A stretch of DNA of 64,000 bases from Sphyrna mokarran (taxonomy: Eukaryota), in NCBI GenBank assembly GCA_024679065.1, contig JAGIQG010000010.1:62992001-63056000 (forward strand), in the 5' to 3' direction. Below the pieces are notes generated by a model. It did no database searches. It was not told the origin of the DNA and saw only the letters and a program-made list of their open reading frames with translations. Shown here piece by piece: positions 38,320 to 51,110 of this stretch (positions within the stretch are counted from its first letter, which is position 1; each line of letters opens with the position of its first letter). A program made the translations under genes and the position numbers.

Positions 38320-38730
38320 GTTCAGAAGAGATGGAGCAGAGGGGAAAGAAAATAGCTTCATGGTCAGAAGAAATCAACACTGTGAGGCAAGAACAGGCTG
38401 TAATGATGGGCCTACCAAGACAATCCTGTTTATGGATTGTGGGAAAGAGTTAGAAGTAGAATGTGCAGGATTGGTGGACAATGAGGTTGGAGACCGTGAA
38501 TGATGATCTCCAGATGACATGAACTAAGTGACAGATTTGAAAATTGTGGCCTGATGGTCAGTGATGAGATCACAGTCCAGGGAGAAGTAGGAAGAGGTGT
38601 TGGAGAGTAGACACACAGGATTACCGAGGTAGAAGTTGGTTTACCAAACAACAACAGCTCCACTCTTATCAGCAGGTTTAATTACAATATTTGAATGGGA
38701 CTTGAGGGAACAATGTGCAGCAAATTCAGA
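38320..38730 (-). mobile_element. Penelope-like reverse transcriptase N-terminal remnant
   Basis: Reverse strand NIVIKPADKSGAVVVW ... LFPTIHKQDCLGRPIITACSC matches the PLE motifs IKPADKGGAVVV and LPKIHK...RPIVS. Confidence 0.88.
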
Positions 38731-39179
38731 GGGACAACGTGAATCAAACAATCGCATTGAAACGCTTTCTCCTTTTCGTGAGACTCCAAGCTTTTCAATT
38801 TTGAAAATCAAGCCTTGGAATTCCTATAAAGTTACTCCAATGCAGAGCATCTGAATGACTCACACTTCCCATGAGTTTGAACCTCATCTCTTGAGACTCC
38901 ATTCCCCTGGATTTCTGAGTCTGCATTCCAACCTCTATTTACTGATACAATTCCAGCTCCTTAGTCACTGGCTAGCTTCACTGAGCTGGCACAGCCCCTG
39001 AATGGAAATACCCAGTTTCTGTGCTGTGCTTCCCTAATGCTACATTAAGCTATAAATGACTTCAAGACTCCTTCTGAGCCCTCATTAGGGCTCATATTAT
39101 TCTACTCCATCTCCTCAGCTCTCTGGAGCTTTTCCTGAACCCTCACTGTACAGAGATATCAAACGGCTCCTGACACTTC

Positions 39180-39532
39180 TTTTTTGATTTATTCATGGGA
39201 CATGAGCATCACTGGCTGGCGAGTATTTATTGTCCATCCTAGTTGCTCTTGGAAGGCAATTGAGAGTCAACCACATTGCTGTGACTCTGGAGTCACATGT
39301 ACGCCAGACAGGATAAGGACAGCAGATTTTTTTCACTAAAGGACATTAGTGAACCAGATAGGTTTTTCTAAAAATTGACAATGATGTTAAGTTAATTTTG
39401 AATTCCAGATATTTTTTACTGAATTCAGATTCCACCATCTGCCATAGCTGGATTCAAAGTCAGGTCCCCAGAATGTTAGCTGAGTTTCTGGATTAATAGT
39501 CTCATGATAATACAACTAGGCCATCACCTCCC
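39180..39532 (-). mobile_element. tRNA-derived SINE family B, full length
   Basis: Collinear with 16828-17182 (GAGTCAACCACATTGCTGTG...AAGGACATTAGTGAACCAGAT...). Confidence 0.88.
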
Positions 39533-40084
39533 ATCCTTCTGAGTCCCAACTACACTGAGCCAGCTAACATAAACACTTTTGCTGCCTGGAGCCTGCTGAC
39601 AGCAGTATCTTTCTGATATGGCCTTTCTCCTGCTGTAAGAATGCTCATTCTCCCAGCAACCACACGGATAAATTAAACATTCTTAAGCTCCAACCATCTG
39701 CATGACAATGTGGCCTTCCATAGCTCATTAAATGCTTTTTAAATTAATTGTAGCTCTAACTTGCAAAACAATGCAACTCATTGGGCTGCATTTCTTTTCA
39801 AGCAGTCTAGACAAATCTCCAATTCTCTGGATAAGTAAATCCACCTACTGTTTTAACATCTTATCTTTATAAATCTTGGCTCAACATGGCCCCCAATCTT
39901 TTAAGTGTAATAGGTTTTAAGCTGCTTTATTTGCCTTTATCTCAATTTCTATAGTTCAACTTTAATCTTCCCAGAACTAAAAGTTACCTCAACAACATTA
40001 AACTAATATTGAAATAAGTATTTATAACAAGAGAAGTACAACAGGCTTAGAAAGTACACAACTTATTGGTCTTCATTTCCTCTG

Positions 40085-40225
40085 GACCCTCTTCTTTGTC
40101 TTGCTTCTTAGATGAGCAAGATTGAACAGCTCTCCGTCGGTTTTGGTTTGTAAGTAGACTTCCACAGTAGATAACCTGAAGGAATATGACAGTAGCAAAG
40201 AGAAGAATATGCCAAAAAGTTCAAG
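40085..40225 (-). mobile_element. RTE-clade LINE RT fragment
   Basis: FGIFFSLLLSYSF...VYLQTKTDGELFNLAHLRSKTK, the RTE/BovB-type TDGKLFNL..L.AKTK motif. Confidence 0.85.
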
Positions 40226-40379
40226 TTCTTGACAATAACCTTGTTTGACCCCACTATGGATCTCAAAATGTTCTAATATTTCCCCAACATAGCTGACTTT
40301 TTACATCATCTTATCATGGAGGGGGGAGACCACAATGAGGAAATTCAGTGAGTATACAATTTTCTCCAGCGGCTTAAAT

Positions 40380-41128
40380 AGACAGCCTGTGCTCACAGGT
40401 TGTCACTGATGGTGACAGTGACCATCTGACTGTACAGCCATCAACGACCTAAAGTTGTGTAAGCCCTGACTAGTAAGGTGCTGATTGCCGCAGGCCAACT
40501 GCTTCAATGAATGCTTGAAGATTAAGAGCCTCTTCTCAACAACTGGACAGAATTCATTGCACCAGGTAAACAAACAAAAACAAGCAAAAGGTAAAAAAAT
40601 GTCAATTTTTTGATTGGCAAGCTGGAACATCAAGACTGTGCATGGCATTGACAGATGACTTGTAGTTCGTCAATAATGCATACAACACAGCCAAAATCAA
40701 CATGGAATTTGATAGACTGAACATTGATGTAGCATCTTTACAAAAGACTAAGCTCACCAAGAGGGGATCACTGAAAAAAAGCATTACACATTCATCTGAC
40801 AAGGGAATAATTCAGAGGAAGTGCACGAGCAAGCTACCAGCTTCGCTATAAAGGAAAAAAACCACTGCTTTCATTGATAGAAGCCCTCACAAAAGGTTCA
40901 GAATATGTCTCTGCATCCACCTCTCAACTCAGACAGGATAGTTAACCTCATGAGTATCTAAACCCCAACACTGCTCCATTACAGAGGCAAAATGCCAATT
41001 CTGTGAAGAGATTAACATTGCTATCAGCAAAATCCCTAAACCAGAACATCTTTACCTACTGGGGGATTTAAACACAAGAATGAGCATGGACCATGAGACT
41101 GTGGCATGCCTGCCTCAGACATCATGGT
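40380..41128 (+). mobile_element. RTE-clade LINE 5' region/endonuclease remnant
   Basis: LASWNIKT; INMEFDRLNIDVASLQKTKL..GSL; EHLYLLGDLNTR. Confidence 0.85.
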
Positions 41129-43427
41129 TATAATTAGCACCAGTCAATTATACAGGCGCCTCTGTCATTAGATATCCAGCAGTCATTGTATATGTTAAAT
41201 ACTTAAAACTCTGAAGAGAACAGACTAAAGCCAGGGAATTATTTGTTTCTCACACTTGTTCTTCCGATCAACACTAACTACTAGTTATGCAAGGTTATTG
41301 GGCCATTGTATGTTATCTTCCTTACTTAGCGTGCATTATAGTATTTTGTTTTTTCACTATTTTTGATTGAAAACATTGTATAAAAATTGTTTTAAAAAAG
41401 TAGCCTTTTGAAGAAAAAGTGTTATTGCTGTTTTGAAAATATTCTTAGCATACTGTATTCAACTTATTTTTCTAATCTATTATTTTGTCAGCACAAGTTG
41501 TGGCAATGAATGTAGATAACTAAGACATGGGATCAATGAATGACAATGTAATAACCAGAAGAGTAATTTTGTGAAATAATTACTGTAAATTTATCAAGTA
41601 ATAGTTTATAACTAACTGCAAGGAAATAACAATTTGTGTGCCATAATTTACAACTTTTAGTCAACTCACCAAAATTTATTTTTATTCATTAATTTTAAAT
41701 GCAAGTCATCAAAAACACATGTCCTTAAAATGCTGAAGGTTTACAAGGCATGATTTTTACTTTTGATCATGTTGCATTAGAAATTTTGCTCAAGGTGCAT
41801 GAGGTATCATCTGTGTCTGCAAAAGCAAAGTGTACTTACTTTAGTTTGCAAGTTCTACCAATTTATACCAATGACATGAATCATGGTTTGAATGGTAATT
41901 CCTGCCCATATATTCACACATTATTAAAAACCTAACCATTGAATTATTCATAATAATTCAGTGCTAGACATTATTATTTCTAAAAATGACAACTATTAGT
42001 TGGTCACATTAGTTATAACACAAGTGGTTAAAATTCTAGGTTGAATTATTTAGTGTTCTATATTGAAAACTTGTTAACTAAGGAAAGTTAACGAAAGCAC
42101 CTCAGGAAAAATGTGCACACATTGAGACTATTACACATAATGTTTATTAAATGAGCCTCTAAGGATGTTTTTCCTAGGATCTCTCTCAAGCATTTGTAAA
42201 GAATCTTGTTTCATGTTTGAGGCCCCATATTTCTGCCTCTTAAACGATGAGCAGCTGTAGCACATAGCCTTGTTTTGTGTAACTTTGTAATGATTTCCTT
42301 CCTTCAGTTGCTGCAGGAATCTCTGTTATGCCTAAAACAGAGAACAACTTTTTAATCCAGGCAAACGCAAGAGCAAGTACTGTTGGTTTCAGGGTAGAAA
42401 CTCAATACACCAAATGCATTGTACTTGGACCTCAAATTAGAGCCATCTGGACTACAAAAGCTCTGTAGCAGTTTAAGGAAAAACAGGAGAACACAGATAG
42501 ATTTATGGCCTCAGGCTTCTGCTATGCACCTGCAGAAGAAGTTGAGTGTAAGAAGACAAACTGATCATGTGATGGACTTCAGTACAAACACCCTTCCCCA
42601 AACCGCATTCAGCATCTACCACAAACTTGTAAGAAAGAGAATTACATCATATATATTTCTGTATGCTGGATGTATAACTACTTACAGCTTTTCTGCGAAA
42701 ATAAATCATTTACACAACCATGAAGCGAAAATCAACTCAGTCTACATACAATAAGTCCTTACTATAAGTGGAGGTTGTGTTAATGTGAATCATAGTTTCC
42801 CATAGGAATCAATGTTAACGCTGAAGTTAGGTTTCAGTTGACATTTCTGCCTGGAAAAACAAGTTGGAATACTGTGCCATATTTGTGTACCATTGCGCAT
42901 TCCTAGCTGAAATAACTTGCAACATTAAAAAAAATCATTAAATGGAAAAGAAATCATGTAAATGCAAATTGGATAACACTTACCAGTTTCTCCCTCTTTC
43001 TCTTCTTAGGCAGTCCCTTGGGCTCAGGAATGACTTGTTTCTACTCCAGTTAGATGAGCTGGGGAGGCGATAAAAGGTGCTAGCAATCCAAATCTTCTCT
43101 CAAGTTACAAGACAGTGGCAATACCATTGTACAACTTCCAAAAGACATTTTACCTGCCTTCTGGCCCATTGTAAGCCAATCATTATTGGTAAATGTCATA
43201 TTCCTTGGCCAATTACATATATCTTGGCAGCATGAGAACAATAAATTCTCGTGGTTTCTGTTTGACTTTCCCATGGCCATCTGGTCTAAATTCTTATCTG
43301 TTAGTATACTTTGCCTATTTATTAGGTGCCTGGTATCTTTGTTCAATAAATGTCTTGTTCACTGAGCTGTCTGGTACTTATGCTGAAAAGAATTATGCTT
43401 CTAGATGTATATTGTTACTTTTACTTT

Positions 43428-43712
43428 TAAAGTAAAGTTTACTTATTAGTCGCAAATAGGCTTACATTAACACTACAATGAAGTTACTATGAAAATTCCC
43501 TAGTCACCCCTCTCCGGCACTTGTTCAGGCACAGTGAGGGAGAATTTGGCATAGCCAATGCACCTAACAAGCACATCTTTCAGACTGGAGCACCCAGAGG
43601 AAACTCACACAGACATGGGAGGATGTGAGACTTTGCTCAGAGAATGACTCAAGCCGGGAATCGAACCGGGTCCCTGGTGCTATGAGGCAACAGTGCAACA
43701 ACTGTGCCACCC
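43428..43712 (-). mobile_element. V-SINE with alternative tail (same type as 20899-21197)
   Basis: AAAGTTTACTTATTAGTCGCAAATAGGCTTACATTAACAC...GGGAATCGAACCGGTCCCTGGTGC...CTGTGCCACC. Confidence 0.85.
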
Positions 43713-43854
43713 ATTTTCCCATGGTGTCTTCAAACTTTGTGTCATTAGCCAAGCTGCATGCTTCTTCAATCACGCACTTTTCAGAAATACATGTTTAAAT
43801 TCTCTAATTGTGGTTGTATGTGTTTCTATGCAAAATAATACCTTTGTGAAAATG

Positions 43855-44015
43855 AACCACAGAACCATGGAACACTGCAGCACAGAAACAGGCCTTTTGG
43901 CCTTTCTTAGCTGTGCCAAACCATTTTTCTGCCTAGTCCCACTGACCTGCACCTGGACCATATCTCTCCACACCCCTCTCATCCATGTACCTGTCCAAGA
44001 TTTTCTTAAATGTTA
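43855..44015 (-). mobile_element. CR1-type LINE 3' end
   Basis: AACCACAGAACCATGGAACACTGCAGCACAGAAACAGGCC...TCATCCATGTACCTGTCCAAG. Confidence 0.7.
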
Positions 44016-44127
44016 AAGGTGCGCACTGATCAGCAGATGTAAAATTTTACCCAAGGTAATCAGCAATTATGCCCAAAACTGTATCCCAAAATCAAACTCT
44101 CAAACATGTCTCAATCATAAGATTATG

Positions 44128-44690
44128 GGAGTCAGCTTGTTCAGTTGGTGGCATGGCAAGAGCATGATGCAAAATGATATCCCCAATGTGTGTTCAGAAA
44201 AATAGAAATTAGGAACAGGAATGGGCCATTTGCCCTTCGAACCTTGATCTTAATGCCAAATTCTCATATTCGCCCCATTCCCCTTGATGCCATTGAATTA
44301 GTCATCTCTTTCTTGAATACATTCAGTACTTGGCGCCCCCCAGTCTTCTATGTTAGAGAATTCCATAAATTCACTACCCTTTGAGCGAAGAAATCTTTCC
44401 TCAACTCAGTCCTAATGATCTACTCCCTATTGTGTCCCCAGGTTTCAGACTTCTGAACCAGGGAAAACACCCTCCCTGCATTCAGTCTGTGCAGTCCTGT
44501 GAGAAACTTACACATTTCAATCAGATAAAATTATAACAAGGACGAATTCCTGTACTGGCTGTCATAGTTTACAGAGGGCTGCTTCCTCATCCTGTCTCAT
44601 GCTTATAGAGCTGTGTCTCTCAAACTATTTATTCAATTGTCTCTCTAATGGAGAGAGGTGCCTATAGTCCTCTATGAATAATGGCTAATT
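44128..44690 (+). mobile_element. SINE family C split by a reverse-strand CR1 3' end (about 44195-44530)
   Basis: Head GTTCAGTTGG at about 44140. Remainder ...GAGAGGTGCCTATAGTCCTCTATGAATAATGGC at 44540-44690. CR1 tail AATAGAAATTAGGAACAGGAATGGGCCATT lies between. Confidence 0.6.
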
Positions 44691-45610
44691 ACTGGAGTAC
44701 AGCACCCATTTAGTGCTTGTTTCTCTTTTTATCCCTTCATTAAAATAACCCCTTTAAATAAGGGCTTTGAAAACCCAGCATGTTTGAAAATGCACTTGGG
44801 TATTTAAAATTGATAAGAGAAAATAGTTTCAGTAGTGTGTTATCCGATGACATAATACTCAAATCCATCAGCATTTCACAACCCCTCCATGGACTACATG
44901 TAATTTCAGCAACAGCAATTATATTAGACAGCCTGAAAAGGACACAGAACAACTTGCCGTTTGGGAAGTAATACAAAGAGAATTGCCAGTTGTTATTTGT
45001 ACATACCATAGGTCACAATTTTCAAACCACATCACAGAACTGTCGCTCAGGGACAAGCTCTGCTGGAATTATAAACTAACTCAAGTCTAAGAGCACTCAC
45101 CTACACATGTTTCCTGTATTGTAAAAGAACTTAACAGCTCATGAATGACCAGTCTGGCCTGATACATCATGAAGCTAACATGGTTCTTATAATTTTGCAT
45201 GTTAGTTGTTTAGAAGGAAGTGTCAATTATTCAGCACTTCATATAATCAAACATTTGTCAAAAAACCTTCTTTTACTTCAATTTCCCCATTACAAATGGA
45301 TGTTATCGTGATCACATCATATCTAACCATAAAATCTTGAAGTATCACTATCACTGCTACTGAACTTAATTTCCCTGAAATACTAATATTTGTATCAGCA
45401 GTCATATCAACTTTCATTCATGATGTTAATAGCTCGCCTTCACAGTTAGTTATAGATACTTATAAATAGTTATTACATTCTAATAGTTTGATCCTACAAT
45501 TTTCACTAGAGTTGTCAGTCAGCCAGTTTTTCATCAACCAACCTCTTGGTTTTGAAGTTCTTACTAGTCGCTGAATGGTAGTTTTAACCAGTTATTTTTA
45601 ATAAAGTTCT

Positions 45611-45825
45611 TGTGAAGATGCATTTCCACAGATTTCATCTGTGAATAGAAAGGATTTATTAATAAGAAAACAGCAGCCTTAATGCTTCACCTAGTTCCTC
45701 ACATGTGTCTTGCTGAAGAAAGGGGCTCCACTCCCTGGGGTGAGTACTCATGCTGAGGCCCAGTTGGTTCCCTAAGCCAGATGATTCTTATTTTGCAGTG
45801 TTGCCAAATACCGCAAATCACTACA
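45611..45825 (-). mobile_element. Solo LTR
   Basis: TGT...ACA termini, perfect 5-bp TSD GTTCT (45606-45610 and 45826-45830), AATAAA on the minus strand at 45655-45660. Confidence 0.75.
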
Positions 45826-46654
45826 GTTCTCAATAGATTAAGCTTAAATAAACTGTTATCATATTACTGGTTAAATCATTGAGAATGATTTTGACTTTAC
45901 CCATTCAGTGTACACAAAGAAGGTGGGCAAATAGAATCATCCAGAATCTCCCCAGAAAACATATTATAAATATAGATACAGGAATGTACGATGAGAAAAA
46001 TGCTCACTTCAAAAAGCATGATAAATTTATGACAACAGGAAGGAAAGTTGGGAAGTCAGGAAACACTGGCAGACATTAGCATCCCAAATTTCTACGGGTC
46101 ATATTACCAGAGCTTACATTAGGACTTTGTCTATTGAGCTTTAGAGCAACAACACTCACAATATACGGGTTTTAGTGGTAAGCCAAAAGGCAACACATTT
46201 TAGGTATATATGTGGGACTTTCTAAACTGCTGGAAACTGACTACTGAGTCAGTGGAGTGTTGGATCAGAAACACAAAAAATCAGTTAAGGAAGCTATAGT
46301 TACATCACAAGATGTAATCAGAGCTGGGACCAATGTCCTTGTGGTAGAAGTCTGAAATGAATTTCCTCAGAGGCTCGTTAGGCAGTTCCATCGAGGCATG
46401 CCAAATAGAATTAGACTGTCACCTGAAAAGGAAGAATGCCCATGGTTACAAGAATGGTATTGGGTGAATTGCTCATGTGGAGACCTGGTAGTGTCACAAC
46501 GAACTGAATGGCTATATTCAGCTCTATAACAATTCTGTGATATCTATGATTAATTCCTTCCAACAAACCGTGGCATCAGTGTCTACTAGACAATGATGCC
46601 ATGGTTTGTTGGAAGGAATTAATTTACAAGATTCACAGTAGCAACTCACTAAGC

Positions 46655-47230
46655 TTCTCTTGACAATATCTTCTATCACACACCTCTCTTGTGCCTTGTA
46701 GATGTTGGACAGACTTTGGGGCACCAGGAGTTGAGTTACTCAATGCAGAATTCCAAGCTTCTGACCTGTTCTTGTAGTCATAGTATGCTTATGGCTAGTC
46801 CAATTCAGTTTTTCTTCAGTGGTAAACCCTGGGATATGGATCATGAGGGACTCGACAATGCTGGTGCCATTGAATTTCATGGGGAGATGACTACAGTTTC
46901 TCTTCTTAGCAATGTTCAATGTCTGTTATCTGTGTGGCATGAATATTACTTTTTGCTTATCAATCTAAGCCTGAACGTTGTCCAGGTCTTGCTGATTGCT
47001 TAAGTTTCTGAGAAGGCATGAATGGTACTGAACATTGTGTAATCATTAGCAAACACTCCCACATGTGACCTTATGATGGAGGGAAGATCATTGATGAAGC
47101 AGCTGAAGATGGTTAGTACTAGGATGCTGTCCGAGGGACTCATTCAGCAATGTCCTGGGACTCAGATGATTGATCTCCAACAACTACACCCATCTTCCTT
47201 TGCACTAGGAATAACTACAACCAGTGGCAA
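46655..47230 (-). mobile_element. CR1-group LINE family B RT/C-terminal fragment
   Basis: Reverse complement of the 29040-29400 and 26050-26400 region (TIFSCFINDLPSIIRSHVGVFAND; PQSLSNIYKAQ). Confidence 0.85.
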
Positions 47231-47234
47231 ATTG

Positions 47235-48013
47235 CTGCATCCTTTGCCTTACAGGAATCACCATAAGATTGGAAGTATGTACAACAGTGATATTTTTATA
47301 TTCATTCAAGTGATGTGGGCATCATTAGCATTCATTGGCCATTGGCCATCCCAAATTATCCTTGAGAAGGTAGTGATGAGCTGCCTTCTTGAACTTCTGC
47401 AGTCCATGTCTTATAGGTACACCCACAATGGTTATTCTGCCAACTGACAGACTTCCGGTTCTGAACTTCAGACTTTATCATTATATTCTTTAGCATTTAT
47501 ATTTTTGACTGAAATGAACTGAAATTTATATTAAAACTATATTAAAAATACATTTATTACTTCAATATACACTTTAAAATAATATTCATTTTCTTTTAAT
47601 ACTGTTATTGCATTCACATATGAGCAAGATGTTAACATTAACTTGTTAGACAGAATACTTTAACCTCTTCTAATTGCTCTGCCACTATAGACTAAGGATC
47701 TGTCTGTGGATCTAAGTAGCTGATCTAAAATTCCCTTCTACAGATGGGTAGCTTCTCTTCTGTTGGAGATGGCCATTACCTGAATCTTGTCACTGGATCA
47801 AAATCCTGGAACTCTCTCCCTAACCACTGTGGGTGTACCTACAAGACATGGACTGCAGAAGTTCAAGAGGGCAGCTCATCACTACCTTCTCAAGGATAAT
47901 TTGGGATGGCCAATGAATGCTAATGATGCCCACATCACTTGAATGAATATAAAAATATCACCGTTGTACATACTTCCAATCTTATGATGATTCCCGTAAG
48001 GCAGAGAATGCAG
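47235..48013. repeat. Local inverted duplication (arms 47235-47434 and 47821-48013)
   Basis: The arms are reverse complements with only scattered mismatches and one 7-bp duplication (ATTGGCC) in the left arm. Confidence 0.92.
47788..47950 (+). mobile_element. CR1-group LINE family B 3' end
   Basis: GTCACTGGATCAAAATCCTGGAACTC...GATGCCCACATCACTTGAATGAAT. Confidence 0.8.
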
Positions 48014-49719
48014 AAAATTCCAAAACAGAGTGTCTCTACTCCTTTGATAAGAACATCCTCTCACAGGACAAAACTATGCAGTGAATCCAGAACCAAGCAC
48101 TGTTTGTTGTTCCAGTGGTTTCAACCAAAGCTAATATAGGTATCCACCAGAACAGCATTGGAAATTTGACCGCAAAGTTAGAAAGATAATATAGATTGAT
48201 TAGATAGATTTACATTTCAGTAAATCCTTGTGAGGAGCAGTAGTCTGGATACATCTATAGCCAATTCAATACAGTCAATATTTGACAGACTATAATTCAG
48301 CAATTTATGTACAAATGACAGAAATGTTTGGTCTATTCATAAACTATGATAGTTATAAAGGTTGAACAACATTTGTAAGTTTTGCACGATCTAATTATTT
48401 CTGCTGTAGCGATTCTCATCACATTATCAGTAACATTTATTTTAGAAACACATTTAACATGATAAAAATAAGAAAAGACAGAAAGGTCAAAACTAACCAA
48501 TGTATTAAAGCACCAATTTGAAAACAAGGAGACATATGTTGTAATTTAAATGTGCGTGAAGACAAAAACAAATACAAATATTTACTAAGAATGCAGAAAA
48601 GTGCACATCGATGTTCTTTCAGGTTAATTTCTATCACTATCTGATGAAAGTGCTTGAAAAGCCAATCTCACTATCAAGCCTCATTAATCTATGTTATGAC
48701 TTTCTTCTATTTATGCCAGGAGTCTAATCAGATGTTTAAAAAAATTACTTTATAATCTCATCATACTTTGCGGAAATAGATTTCTACTAGTGAACTTTAC
48801 ATGAAAATGCAATTAGTTAGTAGAAATATGTCATAGCACACTTCTTTCATCACTGCAACCTAACTGGTTGTGAGGTGCCCTTAACTTCTGATTACATATC
48901 ATAACAAAATTAACTACAAGTCAGATAATTCAGTTCTGTATTTTGAATAATACTAAAGCAGATCAGTCAAATGTGGTATGAGTTTTCCTCTTCTGCGTTT
49001 ACTCTAATTGAACAGTTCTGGAATGTGGTCACAAAGTAATCCTGTTTTATACTGTTGTTCTCCCAGTTAATTTGAGGATTTTGAATGTTCACAGATCAGT
49101 TTGGAAAATTGGGTCCCAGTTCAAGTGCCTGATAGTGGTGCCCAATTTTTTAAGATACAATTTTGGTGGAAGAAGAAAGAAGGCAACACTACCAGCAAAA
49201 TAATCCAATTTTATATAATTAGTTAAACTAAGTCCAACATTGAATTATATGGCTTCTGGTAAAGTTCTGTCCAAAATAGTAGGTACAAGACAGGTCAATG
49301 GCTCTGGGTTGTTTTGCCTTAATTGTTAATACAAGGTTTTCAGTATTCATTAATCTGAAAGTGTATATTTTCTATCTCTAGTTATCTTGCAAAATAAGAC
49401 TTTCTTGAACTATCGAAGATTTATGCTATCATGTAAATTGTAGCTAGCAGAGTTAAGGGGGTGGGAATCTATTTGGTCATTTGTATAGTGCTTTATGAAT
49501 TGGATTAGAGCTAACTAATGAAAGAACAATATGTTCAGGACCAAAGACACCTCAGACAGAATGATCACAACAGGGAATACCAACAAATCCAAGTTTTCAG
49601 AGCAAGCCTGCCTTGGTATGTCAGTGGAAACTCATGAGCCAGTTCAAAGTTGAAATTTGGAGGATTTGTAAGGCTTTGTATACGATGGGAATTTTAAAAA
49701 ATAGTCTCAAGAAGCTCAA

Positions 49720-51110
49720 AGGCTAAGCCTTGTTTTAACAATGCCTCACTTGATGCACTGCTAGGCAGAGAATGGAGCAAGAGGTGATAAACTTACATAG
49801 CAATAGGAAGAACTATTGTCATGAAGAAGATGTAATTGAAGGTGGCTGAGGAAGTCACAGAATACTGTGAGGATGTTTTCATTCATGGATAGAGTGGTCA
49901 ATTCTATGGAATGCAAATGTCAATTGAGTCCATATAGGCCTTGATTGTGGCCATGCAGACACTAAATCCTTAAGTATCTGACATCTTAACAAGGGAAAAG
50001 GAAGAGTGGCCTTTGTAGCTGAACAAGGAAATGTACATGGATGTCTGACAAAATGCTATGATGTTAGATTTCATTGTTAGGTAGCTTTGTAGTATTACAT
50101 AAAATTTCTTGCCCACCTTGCCTACTTGTTTTTGCTAAGTGCCAACCCACCTTTCTGTTGCTTTTCGATGAAAGAGAAGATGTGAATTCACAAGGACCAA
50201 TGGAGGGACGTGCATTCAATGAATGTTTAGTTCCAGGACAGTTTTGTTTCAGTGGAATTGCAAGTGGGTGAGGCAGTAGGAGAATGGCCTTTGCATGTGA
50301 CTGTTTCATCAGTCCAATGGTACTAATAAACTGTTAAAAGGGAATTCCTAGCATCCCACCCAGAAGAGTGAGAGGATGGTGCAGCATTAGGGTTGCCATC
50401 CTCATCCTCTTCTCTTCCTCATCCTTCCTCCTTCATTAGATTCATCCAGAGACAATCTTTGGTCAGCACTTTGTTAATCCAGTAACTCCAATCCTCATTG
50501 CTATGCAATGGGACAGCACATGAAGATCATTCTGAAGGGAAGCCTCAGGTCAGTCTGGAAACTGAAGGGTATTGTCAGCATGCTGACTACTTGTTCACTG
50601 ACATACTTTGTTGAAATCATCAAAAGTGAGAAGTTACTCAGTACAGAGACTGAGAAGATAGGATTTGGTGACAAACTCAGGGCTAAATTTGGGAAGATTG
50701 AGAACAAATATTTTAAATCAGTAAGAGGTGTAAAAACCAAAGGATGGTGCTTAAAAGAGCTGAAGACATCAAGAAATAAAGGGAGAGAGCAAAACACTAT
50801 GTAGTAATACGGGCAACCACCAAAGCAGCTTCCATTGCAGCAAACCAGAGTGATGTCTAAATGCTGTAACAGCATTTCAGACTGATATCATGCAAACTCA
50901 GCTTATTACAATAGTAGTGCAGCTTGCTCCTGTGCATGCTCACATTGCAGACATCATAGCTATGGATAGTATTGCTCAAAGGGACTGACAAGGACTCAGC
51001 CCCCCTCTCCAGCAGATGACTTGGACTGCAGAGATGTTGCTCCAGGAGAGTGGGGCATTGTGAATGCTGTTCAGATCCCAAGAATTCACATTCACTGATA
51101 ATGGTCACAC
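49720..51110. mobile_element. Decayed Harbinger element: Myb/SANT-like remnant (+, about 49720-49910) and transposase remnant (-, about 50400-51110)
   Basis: Plus strand KAKPCFNNASLDALL...VAEEVT. Minus strand IISECEFLGSEQH, ISLKCCYSI and MIFMCCP followed by an acidic tract, in the order expected for a HARBI1-like C-terminus. Confidence 0.55.
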
